A stretch of DNA of 63,451 nt, the filler included, from Craspedostauros australis (lineage: Eukaryota): the NCBI GenBank assembly GCA_030167865.1. It is 12 parts of 12 records of this genome, joined end to end, with 100 filler letters (N's around TTAATTAATTAA, not from the genome) between each part and the next. Parts side by side here need not be neighbours in the genome. Positions count along the whole stretch, not along the records: positions 1 to 3,413 come from JALAGF010000209.1; positions 3,514 to 4,998 come from JALAGF010000210.1; positions 5,099 to 7,950 come from JALAGF010000212.1; positions 8,051 to 12,820 come from JALAGF010000213.1; 8 more parts are not named here. One strand, written 5' to 3'. Position 1 is the first letter of the stretch; the number at the start of each line of letters is the position of its first letter. The position numbers and the translations under genes were made by a program. Of the stretch, positions 1-11,000 are shown piece by piece. The notes under the pieces are model-generated. The model did not search any database and was not told where the DNA came from. It saw only the letters and a list, made by a program, of their open reading frames with translations.

Positions 1-2129
1 GCAGGTCCGATCTGCCTCTTGGTTCGATACTCGTTGAGCAGCATGGCGTCTGCCACCGATGTGCGCGTCGAGCTTTCGATGATCCGCTACGATGCGATCG
101 ACGAATTCGAGAGTCGACTGTGCAGATGAGTACACCCATGCGGGTTGCACTACATGATGCATGAGATTGGCGTGCGGAGCGCACTCGATGTGGCTCGCAA
201 TGTGAACGCAATCAACAACATGCTGGAGAACAGCAACTTCACTTCCGATCCAACAGACGCTGATTGGATACAGGAGTCGCATGCAAGCGGTATGGACCGC
301 ACAAGTGCACCTGGTGATGACCAGGATCCTACTCACGATGAACGTGACATGGATGGATACGTCATGTGAGCAATTCGAGAGTATTGAGAATGCCAGCAGG
401 TCAGTACTGACAGACCTGGGAGATGACGACTCTACTTCAGGGATGAGTACCCTAGATAGAAGAGTGACTTGGGAGCGACGTGCGGATACCATCTGAAGCA
501 TGGAGACCGACGACGCTGGTCAGAGCAGAAGAGCCGGAGACGATACAGATACAGAAGACGCTGCTCGAGGGCAAGATGACTTGCTCCCTACCCAAGGGGA
601 TGAACCATCGGACGATGACGACGACAATGAATCCGGAAGGGACGATGAGACGGGACAAGACGAGTTGGTCGAGAACGCACCAAACACAGTCCCAATCGCA
701 GAACCTGTCGTGCACATGCCAAGGATGCTGAGTGCTCTCGAGGGATACTACGATATGCCCACTCCGAAGGAGGAGCGAGAACTTGGATCAAGTGGAGAAT
801 CAGAGTCAGAAGATGATGAGGGGTATGAGACCACTCGAAAGATGACTACCACACTACCAGCGACAGGAGGACCCAACATTCACACAGAAGGGTCAAGATT
901 CAACAGAGATATCGCAGGCATGACGATTGACATCACTCATGAGAGGATGAGCCTGGGTGACTTCATCACTGCGAACCAAGCATTGAACCACATACAGAAC
1001 GAAGAGAGGGATCCGAGCAACCAAATGTCGCAATGATGCTGGATCCAACCACAATTGACGAATGACGGGGTCATGTGGATCCCGAGAAGAGCAATGAATG
1101 GTGGGAGGCCATGATGGTACGGTTCAGTGATATAGCCATGGCGTGAGCATGACAGATGATCTAGAAGAACCGGATGCCGAATGATTGGCAAGATACTGCG
1201 AGCACAGATATGAGATCGATGTGCAATGAGAATGAGATCGATGAGAGAGAGAGACTCGAATCTGAAAAGGATACAGCTATGAGAGCGCGAGCCATGAACG
1301 GCGGATTCCAGATACAGTGAGTCAAGACGCATCGATATGCGATCAATGAGAGAGACGCGGGCATGTCGGATGAAGAATCGAATGACAGAGCCGGAAGGGA
1401 GGAACCTCAGATGAATGGAGGATGAATGGCAGGAGGCCACCAACAACTCCCATGACGAAGAAGCTGCAGCATGATGAATCGATGCTATCCAGAAGAGGAT
1501 GAAGGGGATCGACAGCGTGGTTGCAAGGCAACACGACGACAGAGCTGGCAGCTAACCACAATATGCCAATACCCAACAAGGGTGACGAACGAAGCATCAG
1601 AATCAGGAGATGACGATGGCTACGCAACTACACAGGAGACAATGACCGCTCCAGTGGCAACAGACGGACCCAACTTCGAACAAGACGGGTCAATCATCAA
1701 CAAGGACGTCGCAGGCATGAGGATCGATGCTATCCAATGGAGGATGAGAGTGATCGACTTTGTCGCTGCGAGTCAGGATGTTGAGAGCGAACGCAATGGC
1801 GAAAGAGATTCGAGCACATCAACACCGGAATGATGCCGAGTCTATGAGCGCCTGAGGAACGCCAGGATCGTGTGGATCCTGACGAGCAGAAGGGACGAAG
1901 TACGAGTGACTTGGAGATAAGCCGCTGAAGGCACGGACCTCGAGTACTATCCCATGAGACCAGTGGCGAGGATGCCACGGATGACACGCGGCTTGGCACC
2001 GGACAACAACGCGCCAGAACACCACTCCAACTCAGATTCAAGCAGTGGAGGTGGTGAGTCAACTGAGGAAGTGGAGAAGACCCCAGCAACAGCAAGAGAG
2101 GGAATGAGACGTCCGAGCATGCATACAGG

Positions 2130-3231
2130 GCGATGATGCTGGACCCCACCACATCGGAAGAATGCTGGGACCATGCGGATCCAGCGAAGCGAAGTGAAAG
2201 AGATGGCAAGAGACCATCAACAAGGAGTTCTACGAAATGATCAGACGAGGAGTCTGGCAGAAGATCAAGAAGAGCGAGATGCCGAGGGATCGACAGTGAG
2301 TGAAGATGAAGTGGGTCTTCAAGGAGAAGAGATCTACATGCAGTGTCCCAAGAGAAAGGAACACGAACAGGATGGATGCCTGCCACTGAAGAAGACCATC
2401 TACGGGTCGGTGCAGAGCGCGAGGCAATGAAATGAGGAGCTTGTGAACACATTGACCAAGCTTGGCTTCTGGCGGAGCAAGGCGGATCCCTGTCTGCTAA
2501 TCCGGAATCGGGAAGGGAGTCTCGTCCTCATCAGGACGTACGCCGACGACCGCCTGTGCATCGGAAGCACACGCGAGCTGAAGCAATTGATGAAGAACAT
2601 CAAGGGAGAGCGGTTCGGAATCAAGATCGAGAATGGTCTCGAGGACTACTTGAATTGCCGCATCGGATCGAATGAGAGCAAGACCAACTGCTGAGTGAAC
2701 CAGCCACTCATCATTCAAGAGGAACAACAAAGCACCCAAGGTCGATACGGATCAACACAGCAGATACCACAGTGGTGTGGGTGTACTGCTATACCTGGTG
2801 AAGCATTCGAGACCAGACGTCTCGAATGCCATCCGAGAACTGACGAAGGTGTTGGATGGGCCAACGACCACAGCATACGAGGAGATGCTGAGAGTGACGA
2901 AGCTCGTGTCGGACACGAGTATNNNNNNNNNNNATGGAGAGACCTGTGGATGTGATGGTTGACAACATGAGAGCGATCTTCATCGCTACCAACCCATCGA
3001 CATCAGCCAGGACGAGACACATCGACGTGTGCAATCACTTCATCAGAGAACTGATTGCGAACAAGGAAGCGAGGGTTCGATTCGTGAAGTCAGAGGACAA
3101 CATCTCTGACGGGTTCACGAAGAATACAAGAAAGGAGATCTACGATCGGCACAAGGGGGAGCATCATTCAGCCCAGGTCAGCATTGGACTGAGCAAGGTG
3201 GATGATATGGTCGGAACGGCAATTGGAAGGG
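2130..3231 (+). pseudogene. Decayed Ty1/copia pol (RT and RNase H) with stops, frameshifts and an internal deletion
   Basis: Motifs occur in order across frames: RWQETINKEFYEM...VKMKWVF, EEIYMQCP, LKKTIYGSVQSARQ*, GFWRSKADPCL, YADD (from YVDD), GVLLYLVKHSRPDVSNA, then RNase H VDNMRAIFIA..RTRHIDV..HFIRE..VKSEDNISDGFTKN. The KARLVA/D-x-x-x-AFL block between KWVF and EEIYM is missing. Confidence 0.9.
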
Positions 3232-3413
3232 TGTCAGGAATCGGGTGTTGTGAAACACCGAATTGCCGCACCTCCCAAGAGTGTGGAGTTGAGCATCGTG
3301 GAATGCTACACTACCGCACCTCCCAATAGCCCAAGAGTCAGGAGTCGAATGTCATGAAATGATACATTACCGCAACTCCCACGTTTGATCATTGTGACAC
3401 AGAAAAATGTGAG
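3232..3413 (+). mobile_element. Probable 3' LTR (partial) of the decayed copia element
   Basis: A purine tract GGAAGGG (3225-3231) is followed directly by TGTCAGG, downstream of RNase H. The region holds three spaced copies of CCGCA(C/A)CTCCCA and runs off the contig. Confidence 0.6.
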
Positions 3414-3513
3414 NNNNNNNNNNNNNNNNNNNNNNNNNNNNNNNNNNNNNNNNNNNNTTAATTAATTAANNNNNNNNNNNNNNNNNNNNNNNNNNNNNNN
3501 NNNNNNNNNNNNN
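3414..3513. other. Artificial contig spacer (Ns around TTAATTAATTAA). The same spacer is at 4999-5098, 7951-8050, 12821-12920, 17685-17784, 45177-45276, 48105-48204, 52808-52907, 56901-57000, 59784-59883 and 61746-61845
   Basis: Eleven 100-nt N blocks share the central 12-mer TTAATTAATTAA, which has stops in all six frames. Sequence on either side is unrelated. Confidence 0.98.
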
Positions 3514-4998
3514 CTCACTCGCGAGAACGTTGCGAGGCAAATGCATCGTCCACGGTGCATTCTACGTCGTCGGGAAGTTCGATTTGAAGCAGATGGAGGA
3601 ACCGTTCTCGGGTCTCAGATCGCCGATGGCGGACATTTGTTCTCAGATTCAGAAGTTACCGAAACGGTCGTCGCAGCAACAAACAACCAACGGAACAAGC
3701 CAACGACATTCCCTCCACACCAAGTCATCCTTCAGCGCGGCAGATCGTCGCTGTTTTGATGATCTACGCGATCGGATTGTGAGGAATCTGGATGTCACCG
3801 AACTGCAGGTTCTATCCGGACTGGTGCCAAACATCGAGGATATCATTGGCGCGGATGTGCTGTCCGGTGCGTCCCACGGCAACACAGCAAGCCGCACCAA
3901 TACGAGCGCAAGTGTCGACACTGGTAGAAATACTAACGCCAACGCCAATGCCACTTCTAAATCCAGCACTCCGCATCGGCGGCATGTGATTGCGAAGGAT
4001 GAAACCAACAAGCACGGATACAGAGAGCAGTCGGATCGTTTGAAGTTTGCCTTCCGCAGGTTCATCAAGGTGATCTGCGACTATTGCCCGCTGGTCTGGG
4101 TATCGGATGACATGCAGTGGGCCGACAAGGCATCGTTGAACATGATCGAGTCATGGGTGCTCGACACTGAGATCTCGTCGCTGATGGTGGTAGCCTGCTA
4201 CCGGTCCAACCTGGTTGGCCCAGACCACGACAACCCGTGCCAGCGCATGCTCCAATCCATCCACCAGGCCAAGCAAGATCGATCCATCCGAACCGCGCAC
4301 CTCCGAGTGGGCGACTTGTCAGTTGAGCACGTGCACACTATGCTTGCCGAGTTGCTGGGGAGCGAATTGCGGGTACAGGACACCCAGGGATTGGCAGAGA
4401 TCGTGCACAAGAAGACAGACGGTAACGTCTTCTTCGTGCAGCAGCTCATGAAATTGCTGGTGCACGAAGATCTCCTTTCCTGCTCCATTGCCACGGGTCA
4501 ATGGAAATGGGACAACGACACCATCCAGCGCGACTGTCCTGCGACGACCAACGTGGTCGAGTTGATGAGGTCCAAGCTGCGGCAGGTCGCCAACGCGAAG
4601 CTCGTCCTGCCCGTCGCGGCTTGTTTGGGATCCACGTTTTCCATTGCGTCGGTTTGCCAAGTGATCAGGGGCTTTCGCGAGTCCAATGACGATCTCGCCT
4701 TCTACAAAGACTTGTTCCAGAGCGATCCACCGGCCGATAACGCTAGGACGGTGCAGATGCTGCAGACATGTGAAGAGGAAGGACTGATCGATGGGACTTT
4801 CGAACTCGACAGTGGACTTGGAGACGGAGATGATGCGAGCGGAGCAGGTCTCACGCTTGATAGCGCATCCAGCAACACGGTCACCGAAGGCGCCTTCATA
4901 CATGACAAAGTGCAGGAATCGGCGCTGGACATGGTACCCGATACAAAATTGGCGGAGTTGCAATTCCGGATCGGCAAGATACTGTTGGACAGGCTATC
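3514..4998 (+). CDS. STAND/AAA_16-type (COG3899-like) predicted ATPase, internal fragment
   Basis: The frame is open across the whole contig. Motifs: GKFD..Q..EPFS, Walker-B-like SDDMQWADKAS, T-x-GNVFF, W-x-WD, AACLG, FIHDKVQESA. It starts at SLA, just after where Walker A is expected. Confidence 0.85.
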
Positions 4999-5098
4999 NN
5001 NNNNNNNNNNNNNNNNNNNNNNNNNNNNNNNNNNNNNNNNNNTTAATTAATTAANNNNNNNNNNNNNNNNNNNNNNNNNNNNNNNNNNNNNNNNNNNN

Positions 5099-5194
5099 GT
5101 TGGTGGTGGTGCTTGTTGGTGGTGGTGCTTGTTGGTGGTGGTGCTTGTTGGTGGTGGTGCTTGTTGGTGGTGGTGCTTGTTGGTGGTGGTGCTT
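5099..5194. repeat. 16-nt minisatellite (GTTGGTGGTGGTGCTT) x6, followed by (GTT)n
   Basis: Six perfect units are visible. On the minus strand it translates as a 16-aa period, NKHHHQQAPPPTSTTT. Confidence 0.95.
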
Positions 5195-7723
5195 GTTGTT
5201 GTTGTTGTGAGGCTCAATGATGTCGGCTTTGCTCTTGCTGGGTTGCTTCTTTCTCTTCTCGTCTTTCTTCTGTTGCTCAGCCTCCTCATTGGCTCTGGTT
5301 GTCGCAACAATTTGCTTCTCCAGCAATGGAATGAGGCTGCTGGTTGTTGACAGGTTCGTTTTAAGGCATCGCAGACCACTGACAGCCATCACCTTGAGCG
5401 CATCATCGTACATACCTTTGATGTCGGGCTTGGCGTATTTGAAGCCAGCTGATTTGCCTTTGTTGCCTGTTGCAGTTGGCTTCTTGGTGGTTGTGTTGGT
5501 TGCCTCATCCTCCTCATCCTCCTCCTCCTCCTCCAACGCGAAGTCCGTGTGAGACACAGTCACACCGATCTCGTTGCCATCCTTGTCAGTTTCAGTGAAC
5601 GTTTGTTTCCGCACGTTCATGCTCAGTCCCTTGCGCTCCGTCACAAATTCGTCACCTCCTTCCGCAGCACAAATTGCGTAGGCGATCTGATGGTGGCGAA
5701 CATACGCGCGAGCGACCTTGTCCAGCCCAAATTGCTCCCAACAGGTTTTGCAAGCACCCCACAACGTATCAGTGGTGAACATGCAACTTCCGTGGTGCTT
5801 ACCTTGATGTGCTGACACGTGTTTCGACATCGCTGGGAATATCGTATCGTCTTTCACATTCGTGATGGGAGAATTCGATGGTTGCAGTTGTAAGTGCCAC
5901 CCGCGACTGTCGAACTCCTCGTTGATGAACCTGAGTAGTTCCGTGTCTCTGTGTGGCCCCGCGCCATCCATCTGGTACCGAATCACCACGTTCTTGCCCG
6001 TTTTCGCCTTGATTTTGTCGGCGAGCGAATCCAGTGCAGGGATTTCTTTTTCGCGGAAGAATTTCTTGAGGCTGTATTTTGGCTTGGGCTTATCACGATG
6101 ACCATCTGTTTCCTTGCTGCCTGTGATCTCCAGTGGTTGAAAGTACAGTTTACCCTTCACACGAGAGATTTTGGTGGGATCTGGAAGGAGCTTGTACTGG
6201 GTTGGCGAGACCCAAGTTCGCTTGTACGTATTCTTCTGCGCTGGAGCCATGCGCCCAACATGTTTGAAGTTGACCCGATACGCCTTTCCTCCTTGCCCAA
6301 AGCAGTTATCTGTTGGGGCAAATGCTGTTGATGCAATCGCCATGGTCTTTTCAATGTGGCACTTGTGATGCACAGCCTGCTTCACAGGCTTATCTCCCAT
6401 CTGGGGCACATGTTTGAGATGCTTGCAAGCGACAATAGAGTAGAACCACTTCTCGTCCATGTGGACAACAACAACTTGCGTATTCGGGAACTGCTCCGCT
6501 GATTCCCAGAACACACAGAAGTCCTTGGCCCACCTGTCGCGCTTCACCTTGATGTCGCCCTTAATCTTGGGGAGCATCGTTGTAGAACGGTATTCACTGC
6601 CCTCCAATCCCATCATGTATGTTTGAATGGTGTTTGCGCAAATGCATTGGACGTTGCCCCTTCCTGCTAGTTCGCGTGCAACATCGTCCCACGAGATTGC
6701 ACCATTGCATCGCCGCAACACATCCTGGAGCTCAAATTGCAGGAGAGGACCACGCTCCAACCACGAATCAGACAGGGATTTTGCGGATGCCAGCTCCTCA
6801 GGCGAAGCATGGTCAAAAGCATAAGAGATGTCCTCGGTCGTCAACCGTTGTCTTGGATGCTTAAGCCGCAGTTGTTTCGCAAAGATGGCACGTGGCGTGA
6901 AGTATTGCTTTTGCTTCTTGGGGCAGGTGAAGATGGTGCTGCCCGCGTTGCTGCGCTTCTTCCGTTCCAGCTTGTTCTGTTGGAATTTCTTGATGTTGTG
7001 GTTGATAGTGGCAGGGTGAACGTCCCAAGCATGGGCGATCAATTTTGCATTGGCTGGGATCCCACCCAAATTGAAGTAGAGAATGATGTAGTTTTGCTGT
7101 TCATCTCTGCCAAGTTGTTTCTTTCTATTGGTGGGCTTAGTGTTGCTACGCCCTCCATCCTTTCGCAACCATCCTTTTGTTTTTGCGCCTTTCTTTATCT
7201 GCTTCTTGAGATGGGCGAGTGCTGTTGCCTTCTGCAGATGTGAGACCTCGAGAAAAGCTGCAATGTTGGCCTCTTGCGATTCCATGGTAGTTGGGGATGG
7301 TGTGGGGGGCTTAGCCCTGTTGTTGATATGCATAACAGCGACAGAGCGATGATGCGGAGAAAGCAGGGAAGGCATATGTAGGCCACCAGCATTGCGAGCC
7401 CTTGCAACGGTAGCAAGGCTGTGTGGTGTGCACAGATCCTCGCGAACAACGTACATTCGGCTCTGCCCCATCACTGGAGTCACCATGACCATTGCCACCT
7501 CTCCTGGTGCGAGAGGCCCATCGCGTTGGATGGTAGCGCCATCCGTGGTCTGCTTCATTGGAAACTGGACATGGCATATGCCCAGGTCACGGATCTTGTC
7601 ATTTGAGTCCGTGTGGGGTGCCACCTTCACACAATCCCCAGCGCGCAACATGCTTGTGAGGTGCAGAGTACAGTGATTGCAGGATGATACAACTACGTCC
7701 AATGTTGGTGAAGGTTGATACAA
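5099..7723 (-). CDS. Tc1/mariner-superfamily transposase, plant-mariner-like, with a DDD triad; 3' end runs off the contig
   Basis: Motifs HMDEKWFY (D at 6455-6457), YQMDGAGPH (D at 5966-5968) and QPSNSPITNVKDD..F (D at 5849-5851) match the plant-mariner pattern IDEKWF / QQDNA..H / QPPNSPD.N.LD..FF. An HTH-like segment (IAHAWDVHPATI) lies upstream. Confidence 0.85.
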
Positions 7724-7918
7724 CTGTGTTATTGTGTGTGTTTGTTTGAAGTGATGGTTTACAAAGTTAAGTTTGTTGAGATTATGAGCTCATCAATAAG
7801 AGCTCATCATCTTCCTGTTTTCTACTTCTTGGCTCCAATAATGGTGCTATTCACCATTGTCCATCATGTTGTAACCATGCCAAACTGCTGGTTACTCCTG
7901 CTGATTTGTGTATCTGTG

Positions 7919-7948
7919 TCCAAACATGTGCTATGACACATGTTTGGA
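7919..7948. repeat. Perfect 12-bp inverted repeat with a 6-nt loop, upstream of the transposase; possible TIR region
   Basis: TCCAAACATGTG (7919-7930), CTATGA, CACATGTTTGGA (7937-7948), at the contig end. Confidence 0.8.
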
Positions 7949-8050
7949 GGNNNNNNNNNNNNNNNNNNNNNNNNNNNNNNNNNNNNNNNNNNNNTTAATT
8001 AATTAANNNNNNNNNNNNNNNNNNNNNNNNNNNNNNNNNNNNNNNNNNNN

Positions 8051-11000
8051 TGGGCATCTGCTCCAACACACTCCTTCGGTCCAAGCAGAGCTTGTTTGTA
8101 TGTCTTACCTTTGCTGGGGCCGCTGATTGTTCGGTTGAGGATGATGTCGCGGAACTTGCGGAACTTCGTCCCTTGCAGCGGCTTGGTGAAGTAGTCTCCC
8201 ACCATGTCATCCGTAGGACAGTATCGGACGGTGATTTCCCCCTTGTTGATTCGATCGCTGACGAAGAAGTACCGCATGTTTATGTGGCGCGTTTTCTTTC
8301 CGCTGGATCCACGCCCATTGTTTTCGAGCAGCATGGTGCTTTGGTTGTCTTGATGGATCACGGTGGCGTCTGGCTTGATCCCCTGCTCCTGTAGGAAGTA
8401 CCGAGTCCATAGCACCTGTGGCATCACGTCGTCCACAGCCACCAGCTCTGCCTCCGTTGAGCTTTTTGTGTTGAGTTTTTGTTTTGAGGAGACACCNTAT
8501 ATGGTACCCCCGTCGGCAGACATGAACGCCCCAGTGTGACTCCGCATGTCTCCGTGTACACCGAACGAACCATCCACCCACCATTGGACATTCTGGAGTG
8601 ATGAACCACCGAGTGTGAGCGTCATGTCTCGCGTTGCCCGTAGATATTTGATGGCCCGACCGAGCTTCTTGTAGTCGTCTGTGTTGGGGGATTTCACACG
8701 CGTGCACAGGAATGCTACCGCTGTCTGCAGGTCCGGTCTGGCTCGCTTGCACAGGAATAGCAGCTTCGCGACCACGTGGTGGTACATGTCTGCAGTATCC
8801 TGGTTCAGTTTGGTTGGATTGTCTTCGTTCACGGTGAAGAGGTGGTCCGCGGCGGGTGAGGTTGCCTTTCCGTGCATGTCGGTGGGCACTCCTTCGAGGA
8901 TGCCATCGATGTAGTCACCCATGTCGATCTTCACTTCGTTGGGAGTGCTGTAATCCAATTGCATCCCAAGGTAGTCGTGTACTTTCCCTCTTTTGATTGT
9001 TAGTGGGCTGTGTTGTCCGTATGCACGGTTGATCATGTCGATTACTCCGTCAACCGCAGTGCTGTCTTTGTGGGATATTTTGAGGTCATCCACGTGCCAC
9101 ACAACAGTGCACTGGTTCCCATTGATGTCCTTGTTAGCCACACACCAGTCATACGGATTGATCACAAACCCGTCGTTGACCAACGTGGTCGTGAGATCCT
9201 TCCACCATTGGAGAGCGGCCTTGAGTGTCCCATACAGTGCCTTGGTGAGTTGCACATAGATCGATGATTGTCCTTTCTTCTTTCGCACATATTCATCATA
9301 CACATCAGGTGCAATCTTTGCAAGGAGCTCTGCCATTCGTCCCTCGAGCAGGACATGCACGACTTCTCCCTCGTCGAAAGTGGTTTGCAGGAAGGCACCT
9401 GGCACATCCACTGTGGCCACATCACGGTTTTCGTGTGCGTCAATTGTGCATGTGAGCATGAGCCCGAGGAGGGAGACAGTCGGTGAACTCGTCTCTTCCT
9501 TCGTCATGTAGAGGCGTTGTTTCCGTCCGTCTGCGCAGCCACGTCCTTTGATGAGTCCAGTGCGCTTTTCCTTCAGATACATCAGGTACCGGAGCGATTG
9601 CGTCCTTTCCTCCTTTGACAGTTGGTGCCAGTGCTTCGGTTCGAAGCCTTCCATGTCGTGCACTTGTTTCAGCTCTTTGCTGATTGCGTGCTCGCCCCGC
9701 TCGCGGAACAGTTTTAGTCCCTGTTTCCAGTTCATCTGTTCAGTCAGAAACACACAGGCGTGATTGGTGTCATGTGACTCGTTGCTATCTTCAGTAGAGA
9801 GCTCAGTCATGGTGACGTGAGCCTCGTCTCTACCTACGTGATGCAGCCGGTGATAGTCGACTCTCGGCTTGCGTCGTGGTCTGCCTGTTGGTGGCTCCAC
9901 TGAATCCGCATCCTCATCCGACGGTGCATCGTATTGTTCCTCTTCTGTCATGACTTCGAGGATTGGTTCGAGGACATTGCCTTCGTTGGCATCACTGTCT
10001 TCGTCTGATGGGTGCGTGCTGTCGCCATCATCATCCGATTCGTCGCTTTCAACTGCATCGGTGTCATGATTGTCGTCGCCGTCATCGGTATCATCATCAT
10101 TGGTGTTGTCATCGTCGTCAGAGTCGTCATTGGAATCATCGTCGGAATCATCCGCATCCAGCGATTCCTCGCTTGCTTCGGACTCGTCGTCTGGATCGTA
10201 GTCGTCGTCGTTTGCATCGTCGTCACCGGGGTCGGCGGTGATGGATACAATATCGTGGCCGTCTCTGTCTGTGAATACGATCTCCTTGTTGCCTCTGGAG
10301 TGTTTGGCCATTGCGTGCACTTGATCGATGACATCCTCTGGCATGGGCAACGTGGTCCAGCTTTGACGGTGCAGTCTGCGCCCTGTGGATAGACTGAAGA
10401 ATAGGTATCCGCCTTGATCATTCCCTGACGGTCGAAGTGCCAATGCGCCCACTGTCCTGGGCAGCATCGAATTGTCATGTTGTTCGTGCGTTTGCACGTA
10501 GGAGCCAAACTCGATCTTGCAGTGACTTGCAAAGTTCAGTTTCCGTCCCACCACGATCTCGGACGGGCTCATGCGCTTGGATATGCCATCTTGGTGTGGG
10601 AACATGTTGTTCCAGTAGACGGAGTGGTATACCATTTCGATGATGAGCGCTGGAGGGTAGTGCTTGACCGGCATTGCATGATACGTGCTGCGCGTTCTCT
10701 CTTTGATCGTTCGGATGTATCGTTCGATTGCCGGCACGTGCTCATCTCTGGAGGTGACGTTGATTGCGACTCCTGATGCTGCGAGGTTTCCTCTGATGGA
10801 TGCAAACTGATTGTCAGTCAGTATCATGTCCACCTTGAATCCACGCTGCTTGTACAGTTTCACAACTTCACGGAATTGTTGTGTGATCACTTTGTCTGAC
10901 TCGCTGTTGAGTTTCGTCACTGTTCCAAACTTGATGTGTTGAGAGATGGTGACGAGGAATGGAATTCGGTTCACCTTCATGATGTCAGCTGATAGGGTCA

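Noticed and set aside
3458..3469. Recurrent TTAATTAATTAA palindrome as a biological repeat or CRISPR-like element
   Set aside because: It is always centred in a 100-nt N block, so it is an artificial six-frame-stop linker. ORF ends such as ...XXXN or ...LIN are artefacts of it.
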